Below, in pieces: positions 28,783 to 39,965 of a stretch of 64,000 nucleotides of DNA. Made by a program: the position numbers and the translations under genes. Numbering within the stretch: position 1 is the first letter of the stretch; the number at the start of each line of letters is the position of its first letter. The DNA is from Escherichia phage RB69: sequence record NC_004928.1; one strand, 5' to 3'. Below the pieces are notes generated by a model. It saw nothing but the letters and a program-made list of their open reading frames with translations. It was not told where the DNA came from and searched no databases.

Positions 28783-29045
28783 TATAAATTCTCTTTAAAT
28801 GAAAATGCAGGACTTATTGGCGTTGCCTGCGCAAGCCCTCAACGGGAACATAGGTTTTGGATATTTAACGACAGGATAACCATAAACCTCGTCATCATAC
28901 CAACCACGACTTAGACAGATAACCTTTTTCTGACGCGTGATAGTACAAAATACATTCAAGAGGTACACCGTAAAACTGCCGGGGTCTTAAAACTATAATG
29001 ATTCGCAAATCATTAATCAGACAGTTCGACGGCTCCTCGATTTAC

Positions 29046-29294
29046 TTACTTCAGGGTAATAACAAAATGACGTACTGCTTTACGAGCCGCAGAAGCCAGA
29101 GGCTTAGCAAATTTCAGTTCATCTTTAGCTTCCAGTTCAGCAGCCAGAGTAGCCTGAGCAGGATTCAGATGTTTGAAATAACGCAGGATTTCCAGTGCTT
29201 CGGCTTCAACATCAATAGATGCGCCGTAATTGTCATGGCCGTTATTCCATGCATGGCGTTGCAGTTCAAGAGCGTGTTGTAATTGTTTAATCAT
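29046..29294 (-). CDS. rIII: rIII lysis inhibition accessory protein
   Basis: 82 aa, MIKQLQHALELQR... as recalled for T4 rIII; position upstream of 31. Confidence 0.85.
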   Translation of the reverse strand: MIKQLQHALELQRHAWNNGHDNYGASIDVEAEALEILRYFKHLNPAQATLAAELEAKDELKFAKPLASAARKAVRHFVITLK

Positions 29295-29418
29295 TTTAAA
29301 TTCTCAATTCGAGATAATATTTAGTAGCCACGTTCTTCTGAATTTCACCTTCTTTCGACAAGTCTCTCAGTTGTAGGCTACCGCTTAGAAGAGTGTTCTC
29401 TTCATATAGTTATTTATA

Positions 29419-29751
29419 TCACTTATAAAGACACGGAATAGCTTTATAGTGGCATGTTACGAATTTCTGTTTAATTTCTTTAGGTTGTTTAAGTCCCAAA
29501 GCCACAAATGGATGTGGAACATTTCGAATTTGTCCAACCGGTAGTGGAGTCAAATCACCGACTTCAACAAAACCTTCAGGAACATCAGGACCTACAGAAT
29601 GAACTACACATAGTTCAGGAACTTCACCTTGAACACGTTTACCAATCACAAGTCCTGATTCAGTAACTTCTTCATCACCTGCTTGAGCGGGTTCAGAAAC
29701 CAGAATGACATATTCACCAACAGCACGAATTGGGAGTTGTACTTCAGACAT
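29419..29751 (-). CDS. 31: co-chaperonin gp31 (GroES analogue)
   Basis: 110 aa, near-identical to recalled T4 gp31. Confidence 0.93.
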   Translation of the reverse strand: MSEVQLPIRAVGEYVILVSEPAQAGDEEVTESGLVIGKRVQGEVPELCVVHSVGPDVPEGFVEVGDLTPLPVGQIRNVPHPFVALGLKQPKEIKQKFVTCHYKAIPCLYK

Positions 29752-29808
29752 CTTATTTCCTTGTTGTTTGACGATAGATTAATAATACCATACTATTCGT
29801 AAAGCATA

Positions 29809-30117
29809 TTACATAAGAAGCAAACGTTCGACCGGAGTACCATCAACCGAAATTACTTTATCAAGGCGGAAAGAACGCCACTGACCTAACTTGGTATCGA
29901 ATGCTCGAACTGATTCACGAGGTTCAGAACGAACTTCTGTTGCCGGATTGTTATTTTCATATTTGACTTCAAGTTCATCGCGCGAGGCAAACATCGTACG
30001 AATATCACCGTTAGCCTTTTCAAATACAACACAATGAACGCCTACAGACAGAATAGTTTTAATACGTTCACGAAGAACCATAGTTTCTTGTTCAGTTAAA
30101 ATCATATTATTCACCAC
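29809..30117 (-). CDS. hypothetical protein (31.1-like)
   Basis: 102 aa ORF. Confidence 0.55.
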   Translation of the reverse strand: MVNNMILTEQETMVLRERIKTILSVGVHCVVFEKANGDIRTMFASRDELEVKYENNNPATEVRSEPRESVRAFDTKLGQWRSFRLDKVISVDGTPVERLLLM

Positions 30118-30181
30118 AAAAGTTTCGGATTTGTTCCCAATTCAGAGAACGAAGATTATTACCGAGAAGTACTGAATTACT

Positions 30182-30691
30182 TCAATACCAGCTTGGTTTT
30201 AGAATGTCTGCCCAATTTTCAGGAGATCGGTTGTATAATTCTGCGTATACAACCTTTTTAATACCTGACTGCGTAATAGCTTTAGTGCAATCAGGACACG
30301 GAGAAAGCGTAGTATATAACGTAGCGCCTTCAATAGAATTACCTTTACGAGCTGCAAACAAAATTGCATTCAATTCCGCATGGATTTCGTTATTAGCAGA
30401 CCATGCACTATGAGCGGCCCGATGTTCTTTAGCCAAAACAAAATTATCTGCCCGTCCAAATGCTGTAGTGCCTTCTTTATGTCCAGCAACGATGGCCGGG
30501 CTTGATTTATTCTTCAACCAACCATTTTCGGATGCATGTTCGCAACAGTTAACGCCACCTGCGGGTGAACCATTATATCCAGTAGAGATAATGCGTCCAT
30601 CTTTTTCAATGACCGCACCAACTTTCCATGAACAACATTTTGATTCTTGAGAAATCAAATAAGCAATTTGAAGATATGTGCTAGCTTTCAT
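30182..30691 (-). CDS. cd: dCMP deaminase, C-terminally truncated by local frame disruption
   Basis: 169 aa ORF with HAE and PCPDC zinc motifs; conserved C-terminus (LNWEQIRNFCGE) lies downstream after an in-frame TGA (see findings). Confidence 0.85.
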   Translation of the reverse strand: MKASTYLQIAYLISQESKCCSWKVGAVIEKDGRIISTGYNGSPAGGVNCCEHASENGWLKNKSSPAIVAGHKEGTTAFGRADNFVLAKEHRAAHSAWSANNEIHAELNAILFAARKGNSIEGATLYTTLSPCPDCTKAITQSGIKKVVYAELYNRSPENWADILKPSWY

Positions 30692-30942
30692 TATAGTGTT
30701 CCGTATACGCGAGTTGCTTCAACTAAACCGTCACTGCCTAATTTAAGGCTAGTAATCTGGTCACCATCTTTAGGATTAACGATTATGAGAAAAGAACGTG
30801 GAGATTCTTGAATAACTCGTAATGTTGCATCTTGGAAACGTTCAGACACCTTATTGATGAGTGCTTGAGCAAATTCTTGTACTTTAATCTGAAATTCGTG
30901 TACTGTAATTGGGGTTTCACTTAGCCTTTCGATTTCCCTCAT
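30691..30942 (-). CDS. hypothetical protein
   Basis: 83 aa ORF abutting cd. Confidence 0.5.
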   Translation of the reverse strand: MREIERLSETPITVHEFQIKVQEFAQALINKVSERFQDATLRVIQESPRSFLIIVNPKDGDQITSLKLGSDGLVEATRVYGTL

Positions 30943-30989
30943 TGTGTTGGTAGAGTTATAGTATCACAACTCCACCATGTTGTAAACCA

Positions 30990-31265
30990 TTAAATTGCTT
31001 TGCATTCAATTTTTTGTGTACCGAAATTGATATCACATTGGATAACTAAATCACCGTCAAGATCAAATACCACTATGACGTGTGCAGACCCAGGGAGAAG
31101 AGTAATAGCAATAGAATCTACTTGGTCTGGGAGCAAAGCATTGAGTACATGAGTTAGTTGAGCATGAACTCTGAGTTCGGCTGCATTATCAAGCACTTCA
31201 AACATATTATTAGCAATAATCTGACTGAAGACTACCTTTACAATTTCAGAATAAGTTGGGAACAT
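30990..31265 (-). CDS. hypothetical protein
   Basis: 91 aa ORF. Confidence 0.5.
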   Translation of the reverse strand: MFPTYSEIVKVVFSQIIANNMFEVLDNAAELRVHAQLTHVLNALLPDQVDSIAITLLPGSAHVIVVFDLDGDLVIQCDINFGTQKIECKAI

Positions 31266-31272
31266 AATTACC

Positions 31273-31497
31273 TCAGTGTACAGTATTTACTTTAACTCGA
31301 ACAACAAATCGCTCGGTCGGTTCACCTACAGGAACAAACTCTACATGATATTCGCCTTTGTAACGAGTATTCAGATCATTACGAATTCCTGCGAGTTTGT
31401 TGATTAATGTAGGACTCATATTAAGTCCCACTAGTTTACGAAGCATTTTGTATGCTTCATCTTCGATTTCATGATGTTTATCGTACATAGTTTTCAT
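31273..31497 (-). CDS. hypothetical protein
   Basis: 74 aa ORF. Confidence 0.5.
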   Translation of the reverse strand: MKTMYDKHHEIEDEAYKMLRKLVGLNMSPTLINKLAGIRNDLNTRYKGEYHVEFVPVGEPTERFVVRVKVNTVH

Positions 31498-31668
31498 TTA
31501 ACCATTCAATTGCCTGGTCGACGTTATCAAATATACCGCCGTCCAAACGTTCTTCATGCTCATAGTCCAGCACATCAATACCGAACTGTCCATTTACTAA
31601 AGGCCAGGCTACAAACAAATATTCTTTATGCTGTTCGATGGCCTCAATCACTTCATATAATCGTTTCA

Positions 31669-31669
<1 letters not shown>
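31478..31669 (-). CDS. hypothetical protein
   Basis: 63 aa ORF. Confidence 0.45.
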
Positions 31670-32755
<1,086 letters not shown>

Positions 32756-32756
<1 letters not shown>

Positions 32757-33055
32757 TATTTTATTCCTAAGAAAGTTTCAAGAATACGAATGTTATGCTC
32801 GCGTCGGTCTTTATTAATTTCAGCAACGTTTTTATTAATTGACGTACTTCTAACGTTTGAAGAAATAAATTTAATCATATGACTTTTGAGTTGTTGCAAA
32901 TCCAAACCTTTTTCTTTAGCAGCTTTACGAAGAGCTTTACCTGCTTCATCTAGGGCCTTTGCTGCATCTTTATCATAATTGACAAGTGACATTCCACGGC
33001 AGATATCAATATACTCATCCGACCATTTGATGTAATTTTCTAGTAATATTTTCAT
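32756..33055 (-). CDS. hypothetical protein
   Basis: 99 aa ORF with early promoter-like element upstream. Confidence 0.55.
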
Positions 33056-33083
33056 TTAGATTTCCTCAATTATCCATAGGAGC

Positions 33084-33113
33084 ATTATACTCTGCTCCCG
33101 AGAGTTTGTAAAC
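33084..33113 (-). promoter_or_regulatory. early promoter-like element (GTTTACA -35, TATAAT -10) with dyad symmetry
   Basis: Minus-strand hexamers; ggagca/tgctcc inverted repeat around the -10. Confidence 0.5.
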
Positions 33114-33337
33114 TATTTTACTAAAGATTCGATATACTCATGAAGAGCTTTAGTCGCTACTGCCCACTTGTTCTGATATTCATTTTTCAGATTAGCACGA
33201 GACTGAACTAACAAGCGGTCATTAGTCGGAGGCAAAGATTCTAATCGTTGAATCTGACGGCCATAAATCATAGCCGCCATTTCAGATTCATAGATAAGCC
33301 CTTTAATGTATTCATGCTGTTCTTTAGTCATTGGCAT
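33113..33337 (-). CDS. hypothetical protein
   Basis: 74 aa ORF. Confidence 0.5.
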   Translation of the reverse strand: MPMTKEQHEYIKGLIYESEMAAMIYGRQIQRLESLPPTNDRLLVQSRANLKNEYQNKWAVATKALHEYIESLVK

Positions 33338-33618
33338 TTTTCCTCTTTTAAACCACTACGATAATAACATAACATAGTCTTCTGGTCATGTACATATCTT
33401 TTTACGTCGTTTAACCAGATACGAAATTCTTGAGAGTCTTCAAATGGCATTCCAACCCATGGATTACCATCAATAACCTTTACTTGCCATTTCTGGTTAT
33501 ATTCAACAATAGATTCAGGCCATTGCGGATGTAAAGTTTCTTTAGGGCTTAAGGGCACATCCTGGGCACATCCAGCCAAAATGCCAATAGATAATACAAC
33601 TGCGGTTAATTTAATCAT
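33328..33618 (-). CDS. outer-membrane lipoprotein, probable o-spanin
   Basis: 96 aa; signal peptide with lipobox LAGC; overlaps upstream gene. Confidence 0.7.
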   Translation of the reverse strand: MIKLTAVVLSIGILAGCAQDVPLSPKETLHPQWPESIVEYNQKWQVKVIDGNPWVGMPFEDSQEFRIWLNDVKRYVHDQKTMLCYYRSGLKEEKCQ

Positions 33619-33971
33619 TCTGAGAGCTTCCTGAGGTCTTCTGCAAAGGAATCGAAGGACCTGTTGATTTGTTTTTCGACCAATCCTGGTTTACTTGCCA
33701 CCACGTTCTTCTTCTTCGAATCCTTACGGAGCTTTTCATTTTCGGCCTTAAGTTGGTCAACTAAAACACGGTTCTTATAAGTCATTTCTTCGATTGACTG
33801 ATATTGAACCTTGAAGTCGTCTAATACTTTAGCATTGTTTTTAGCGGTCTCTTTGACAGAAGCTAATTCAGTATTCAACGAATCAACTTTGTTGTTTAAG
33901 ACAACTATTGTTACCGTAGAAACTAGAGCAAAAGCTGCTACTATAGCATAAATCGGATTTACTTTAAGCAT
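33615..33971 (-). CDS. membrane-anchored coiled-coil protein, probable i-spanin
   Basis: 118 aa; N-terminal TM helix then charged coiled coil; precedes the lipoprotein gene. Confidence 0.7.
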   Translation of the reverse strand: MLKVNPIYAIVAAFALVSTVTIVVLNNKVDSLNTELASVKETAKNNAKVLDDFKVQYQSIEEMTYKNRVLVDQLKAENEKLRKDSKKKNVVASKPGLVEKQINRSFDSFAEDLRKLSE

Positions 33972-34459
33972 GTTTTAATAATCTCAATGATTTCATCTCG
34001 GGATAATCCATTGATAAGAACGGTTTTCAAACCATCACACTGGATTTTGTACGATTCAAACAATACACACAACTCTTCTGCTGTATGATACGGGCTTGAA
34101 ATTCCGAGGCGGTTGAATTTGTCGGTAAGAGGGTCGCAAATGATGTAGAATTTTATACCTGCGATATGTACGTTTGGTTGACTAATATTAATGAACACAT
34201 TAGCGTCGTATTTAGTCAAATTATTTTGAAGAAATTCTACCATGGCATTAACTGCTTCCGGCATCGCTTCGCGTTTCTCTTCAGCGTATCGGGTGGAATA
34301 CTCTTTTTGTTTTACTTTCTTTTTAAGATTTTTGGCCAGTGTAACACGGAGGTCAGTAAGATAACCAACTGGACGTCCTTTCTTAAAGACTCGGATTCCG
34401 TCAGTTGTGTCTCCAAAAGCGGTTACGACCATATCGTTAGTAATCAATTGCATATTCAT
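33959..34459 (-). CDS. hypothetical protein (position and size consistent with T4 Alc)
   Basis: Track ORF 33959..34522; Met at 34459 preceded by GAGGAG RBS gives 166 aa. Confidence 0.45.
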   Translation of the reverse strand: MNMQLITNDMVVTAFGDTTDGIRVFKKGRPVGYLTDLRVTLAKNLKKKVKQKEYSTRYAEEKREAMPEAVNAMVEFLQNNLTKYDANVFINISQPNVHIAGIKFYIICDPLTDKFNRLGISSPYHTAEELCVLFESYKIQCDGLKTVLINGLSRDEIIEIIKTCLK

Positions 34460-34521
34460 AATTTTCTCCTCGTGTTGTTGATAAAAGCCATAGTAACACC
34501 TTCCTTGGTGTTTGTAAACCA

Positions 34522-35655
<1,134 letters not shown>

Positions 35656-35702
35656 TCAGTTAGTTTTTTTTAAATTGTACCACAATCCTTGTGGTATGTA
35701 AA

Positions 35703-36113
35703 CTACTTTTTCTTATGTTGGATATTCCAAGGCGGGTTGAACTTTTTGATAAAAAGTGGTTCTTCAAGGTCCATTGTTGCGATGGTCATTGAACCAAGTT
35801 CGTTGGTGACTGAAAGGTCAAAACATTGGCGGGCCCAGAATTCAACCTTTTTGCCTTGCATTAAGGCATCCAAAATCATAAGTGATTTTCTTGAATCTGA
35901 AGTCTGGTCTTTTCGATTTATGGCTGTTCGATAATAGTTAATGCGTTTCTTTAAATTCTTGGTTTTACCAATATACACAAGTTCGTCATCTATAGCAATA
36001 GCATATATAACATTTTTCTTATTAGGGGCATCAATGGTTTTAATTGTTGCATCTTCTAATAGCTCCAATTCTATATATTTAATAAAGGAATATTCGGCGG
36101 CAATATCTTTCAT
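35703..36113 (-). CDS. denA: endonuclease II (GIY-YIG-like)
   Basis: 136 aa as in T4 DenA; position upstream of nrdB. Confidence 0.85.
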   Translation of the reverse strand: MKDIAAEYSFIKYIELELLEDATIKTIDAPNKKNVIYAIAIDDELVYIGKTKNLKKRINYYRTAINRKDQTSDSRKSLMILDALMQGKKVEFWARQCFDLSVTNELGSMTIATMDLEEPLFIKKFNPPWNIQHKKK

Positions 36114-36139
36114 AATAAAGTGGGACCGAAGTCCCGTCC

Positions 36140-37312
36140 TTAGAAATATTTTTTGTATGAATTGATTACATTTTGGTCTACATCATTATCAATTTGTGCG
36201 ACAAGATAAGAACTGATTTCAACTTCCTGAGGAGCTGCTTGAACTAAATCAGAGTTCAGATATTCACGAATCCAAGGATACGGATGCTTGGTCGGAGCAT
36301 CAGTAATTGGACATGGCAAACCGCACTGTTTCATACGAGACACAGTCAAGTAATCAACAAAAGCACACATACTCTGTGTATTGATACCTGGACATGTACC
36401 GTCTTTAAAGAGGTGTGCAGCCCATTCCTTGTACTTGACTATTAACTTCCATAAAAATGTCAACTGCTTCTTGTTCACATTCTTTAGCAATTTGAACCCA
36501 CTCATCGCCATCAGTACCAGATTGAAGTTGACGGATAATGTACTGAGTACCCTGAGATGGAGTTGTTCGTCACGAGCAATGAACTTCATAATCTTTGCAT
36601 TACCTTCCATAATTTCCATATTTTTATGGAAGTTGAAAGTACATGCAAATGATACGTAAAAACGAATAGCTTCTAAGGCGTTGATAACATGCAAACAGAG
36701 ATAAAGAGACTTCATTAAATCGCGCTTGGCGTTAAACATTATTTCTTCGTACATCTCAATATCATTCTGCTGGCATGAGCCTATTGAACACTCATAAACT
36801 TCCTTAGCATTTTCCCAATTACGAGTCTTGACTAGAACATCGTCATAATATTTACCTATTGATTCAGCTCGTTTCATGATTGCTTCGTCTAATACAATCT
36901 CATCAAATACTTTGGATGGATCGGTATAAAGATTTCGCATAATATGAGTATATGAACGAGAGTGAATAGTTTCACTGAATGTCCATGTTGCAACCCACGT
37001 ATCTAATGAAGGGTCGGAAATCAGTGCCATAAGTACCGCAGATGGGGCCCTGCCTTGGATAGAATCCAATAATGATTGATACTTAAGATTGTTTGTACAG
37101 ATGTCCTGTTGGAACTGAGGAAGCTTATTGAACTGTGCAGAGTCCAACATCAAGTTTACCTCTTCGGGGCGCCAGAAAAATGACAGGATTTCTATAAGTT
37201 CTTCAAAAACTTTATGACGCTGAATATCATACCGTGCAAGACCAAGACCAGAACCAAAGAACATCGGTTCGTTCAAAACATCGACTTGTTGTGTATTAAA
37301 AACTGTACTCAT
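36140..37312 (-). CDS. nrdB: ribonucleotide reductase small subunit NrdB; intronless, with internal out-of-frame segment
   Basis: 390 aa ORF; N- and C-terminal parts match class Ia NrdB; about 50 codons in the middle are read out of the conserved frame (see findings). Confidence 0.9.
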   Translation of the reverse strand: MSTVFNTQQVDVLNEPMFFGSGLGLARYDIQRHKVFEELIEILSFFWRPEEVNLMLDSAQFNKLPQFQQDICTNNLKYQSLLDSIQGRAPSAVLMALISDPSLDTWVATWTFSETIHSRSYTHIMRNLYTDPSKVFDEIVLDEAIMKRAESIGKYYDDVLVKTRNWENAKEVYECSIGSCQQNDIEMYEEIMFNAKRDLMKSLYLCLHVINALEAIRFYVSFACTFNFHKNMEIMEGNAKIMKFIARDEQLHLRVLSTLSVNFNLVLMAMSGFKLLKNVNKKQLTFLWKLIVKYKEWAAHLFKDGTCPGINTQSMCAFVDYLTVSRMKQCGLPCPITDAPTKHPYPWIREYLNSDLVQAAPQEVEISSYLVAQIDNDVDQNVINSYKKYF

Positions 37313-37367
37313 TATATTTTCTCACTTAGTTATTAACTCATCCATGAGTAAATTATAATCAAAAGTC

Positions 37368-39623
37368 TTAAAGCTTACAAGCAGAGCAATCTTCAGCTTT
37401 AGGTGTTTCTAATTCATAGTCATCTGTACCTGACCCATCACGAGTGTTATGATAGTAGAGATTTTTTCCGCCAAAGTACCAGAAGTAAAGCAGATCGTCA
37501 AGCATTACCGACATTGGCACTTTACCTTTCTCAAATACAGCAGGGTCATAATAAGTATTAGCAGAAGCAGATTGGCACACCCATTTCAACATGATAGCAA
37601 CTTGGGTCAAATAAGGTTTATTACCTTTCTTAGCAAGTTTCCACGCGTAGTCGTAAAGACTCATGTTATGTTCGATATTAGGAACAACCTGTCGGAAGTT
37701 GCCTTCTTTAGATTCTTTAATACTTACAGGTCCACGAGGTGGTTCTATACCATTTGTGCTATTTGAGACTTGACTGCTTGATTCACATGGCATGAGAGCA
37801 CTAAGTGTACTGTTACGAATTCCATGTTCTTTTGAGTTCAGCTCGAAGTTCTTCCAGTCACAGACGTAGTTCGGGGCTGCGATTTGGTCAATCTTTTTAT
37901 TGTACCAGTCGATAGGTAATTCGCCTCTAGACCATTTAGTGTCTGAATAATACTCACAAGGTCCTTTTTCTTTGGCGAGTTTGATTGAAGCTTTGATAAG
38001 GCCATATTGCAATCTCTCGAACAATTCATGAGTCAAATAGTTAGCGTCTTCATATGAAGCAAAGTTAGAAGCTAACCATGCAGCATAGTTCGTCACACCG
38101 ACACCGAGATTTCGACGCTTTTTAGCTTTTAAAGCTTCTGGAACCGGATAATCTTGATAGTCTAACAGGTTATCAAGTGCACGTACTTGTACTTCAGCAA
38201 GTTCATTAATTTTATCTTGGTCTTGCCAATCAAATTTATCTAATACAAAAGCAGATAACGTGCATAAACCAATTTCAGCATCAGGACCATTCACATCATT
38301 AGTTGGAATAGCGATTTCACAACATAAGTTACTCTGACGAATTGGAGCTTTTTCACGAATAAACGGAGTGTAGTTATTCGTGTTATCAACAAACTGTGGA
38401 TAAATTCGAGCAGTACCAGAACGTTCAGTCATGAACAATTCAAAGAGTTCTAGTGCTTTGATTCTTTTCTTTCTGATTGTTGGGTCTTTTTCAGCTTTCT
38501 CATAAAGCTCACGGAATTTATCTTGATCTTCAAAGAATGAGTAATATAGTTCGCCTGACATTTCGTGAGGGCTAAATAAAGTAATATAATCATTTTTACC
38601 AAGGCGTTCCATCATGAGGTCATTAATCTGAATTCCGTAGTCCATATGTCGAATACGGTTTTCATCCACGCCTTTGTTATTTTTCAGAACTAATAGGTTC
38701 TCTACTTCTAAGTGCCACATTGGATAATACGCTGTAGCAGCACCACCACGAATACCACCTTGAGAACAAGATTTTACTGCAGTTTGGAAATGTTTCCAGA
38801 ATGGAATAACACCCGTATGTCGAACTTCACCCATACCGATCTTAGAACCTTCTGCACGAAGCATACCAACGTTGATACCGATACCAGCTCGTTTAGAAAT
38901 ATATTCAATAATTGATGCTGAAGTTTTGTTAATAGATTTTAACGAATCACCGGCTTCAATAACTACACAACTAGAGAACTGGCGAGTTGGAGTACGAGCA
39001 CCTGCCATAATTGGGGTTGGCAATGAAACTTGATGAGTAGAAACGGCATCATAAAAACGAATAATATGTTTCAAACGGTCATGAGTTTCGTCTTGGTGTA
39101 AGGCCATGCCAATAGCCATGATAGCAAACTGGGGAGTTTCATAAATCTTACCAGTTGTTTTATCTTTAACCAGGTATTTTTCTTTAAGCTGCATAGCACC
39201 AGCATAAGTCAGATCAAAATCTCGCTCATGTTTAATCCGAGAATCAAGATAAATGATTTCTTCTGCAGAATATCTAGACAACAACTCAGGATCATATTTG
39301 CCTTCATTAACACAATAAGAAATATGGTCGATAAAAGCAGGCGGTTCAAACTGCCCATATACATCTTTACGAAGTGCAAACATTAGCCCTTTGGCGGCGA
39401 CATACTGATAATCAGGTTCTTCGACAGAAATCGAGTTAGCTGCAACTTTAATACAAATCTTCTGGATATCTTTGGTGCTCATCCCGTCGACAAGATGGGT
39501 CTTAATTTCTTCGTACAATTCATATGGGTCGATTTGTGTTCCTTCACATTGCCAAGTTAAGACTTGAATAATTTTCTGTGCATCAAAATTTTGGGATACA
39601 CCACTGCTCTTAGTTACTTGCAT
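37368..39623 (-). CDS. nrdA: ribonucleotide reductase large subunit NrdA
   Basis: 751 aa; active-site NLCCE and C-terminal CSACKL cysteines. Confidence 0.95.
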   Translation of the reverse strand: MQVTKSSGVSQNFDAQKIIQVLTWQCEGTQIDPYELYEEIKTHLVDGMSTKDIQKICIKVAANSISVEEPDYQYVAAKGLMFALRKDVYGQFEPPAFIDHISYCVNEGKYDPELLSRYSAEEIIYLDSRIKHERDFDLTYAGAMQLKEKYLVKDKTTGKIYETPQFAIMAIGMALHQDETHDRLKHIIRFYDAVSTHQVSLPTPIMAGARTPTRQFSSCVVIEAGDSLKSINKTSASIIEYISKRAGIGINVGMLRAEGSKIGMGEVRHTGVIPFWKHFQTAVKSCSQGGIRGGAATAYYPMWHLEVENLLVLKNNKGVDENRIRHMDYGIQINDLMMERLGKNDYITLFSPHEMSGELYYSFFEDQDKFRELYEKAEKDPTIRKKRIKALELFELFMTERSGTARIYPQFVDNTNNYTPFIREKAPIRQSNLCCEIAIPTNDVNGPDAEIGLCTLSAFVLDKFDWQDQDKINELAEVQVRALDNLLDYQDYPVPEALKAKKRRNLGVGVTNYAAWLASNFASYEDANYLTHELFERLQYGLIKASIKLAKEKGPCEYYSDTKWSRGELPIDWYNKKIDQIAAPNYVCDWKNFELNSKEHGIRNSTLSALMPCESSSQVSNSTNGIEPPRGPVSIKESKEGNFRQVVPNIEHNMSLYDYAWKLAKKGNKPYLTQVAIMLKWVCQSASANTYYDPAVFEKGKVPMSVMLDDLLYFWYFGGKNLYYHNTRDGSGTDDYELETPKAEDCSACKL

Positions 39624-39710
39624 ATATTCCTCAGTATAGGTTGATAGACATTACTCCAAACGGGATAGTATTTATCCCGTTAATTTATTATACACTTTTA
39701 AACTGAAGCG

Positions 39711-39965
39711 TTAATTATTCTTAGCAATAATTTCTTTGTATTCTTTAGGTGTCAAGACTGTGATATCGAAATAAACCAATGGTTCTTTTTCCATACCGTA
39801 ACCACCACAAAATTCACGATATTCATAAATTCGTTCATGTGAATAACAAATGAATCGTTCACCTTTAACTGTGATTTCACTATTCGGTGAAGGGATATCT
39901 AGTTCGGTAGGATTTTTCATTTCAAAAATTGTGGTGCCATATGAATTAATAAAACGTAAAATCAT
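39711..39965 (-). CDS. hypothetical protein
   Basis: 84 aa ORF between nrdA and td. Confidence 0.55.
   Translation of the reverse strand: MILRFINSYGTTIFEMKNPTELDIPSPNSEITVKGERFICYSHERIYEYREFCGGYGMEKEPLVYFDITVLTPKEYKEIIAKNN

Noticed and set aside
28850-29000. Possible tRNA in the GC-richer non-coding stretch
   Set aside because: No cloverleaf-compatible acceptor/T-arm (no GTTCRA T-loop, no 3' CCA context) found by eye; kept only as possible sRNA or regulatory region.
28566-29282. Track ORFs 28566..28751 (-), 28681..28914 (+), 28998..29282 (+)
   Set aside because: Junk-like sequences overlapping or antisense to rIII and the better-supported 59-aa basic ORF; considered spurious.
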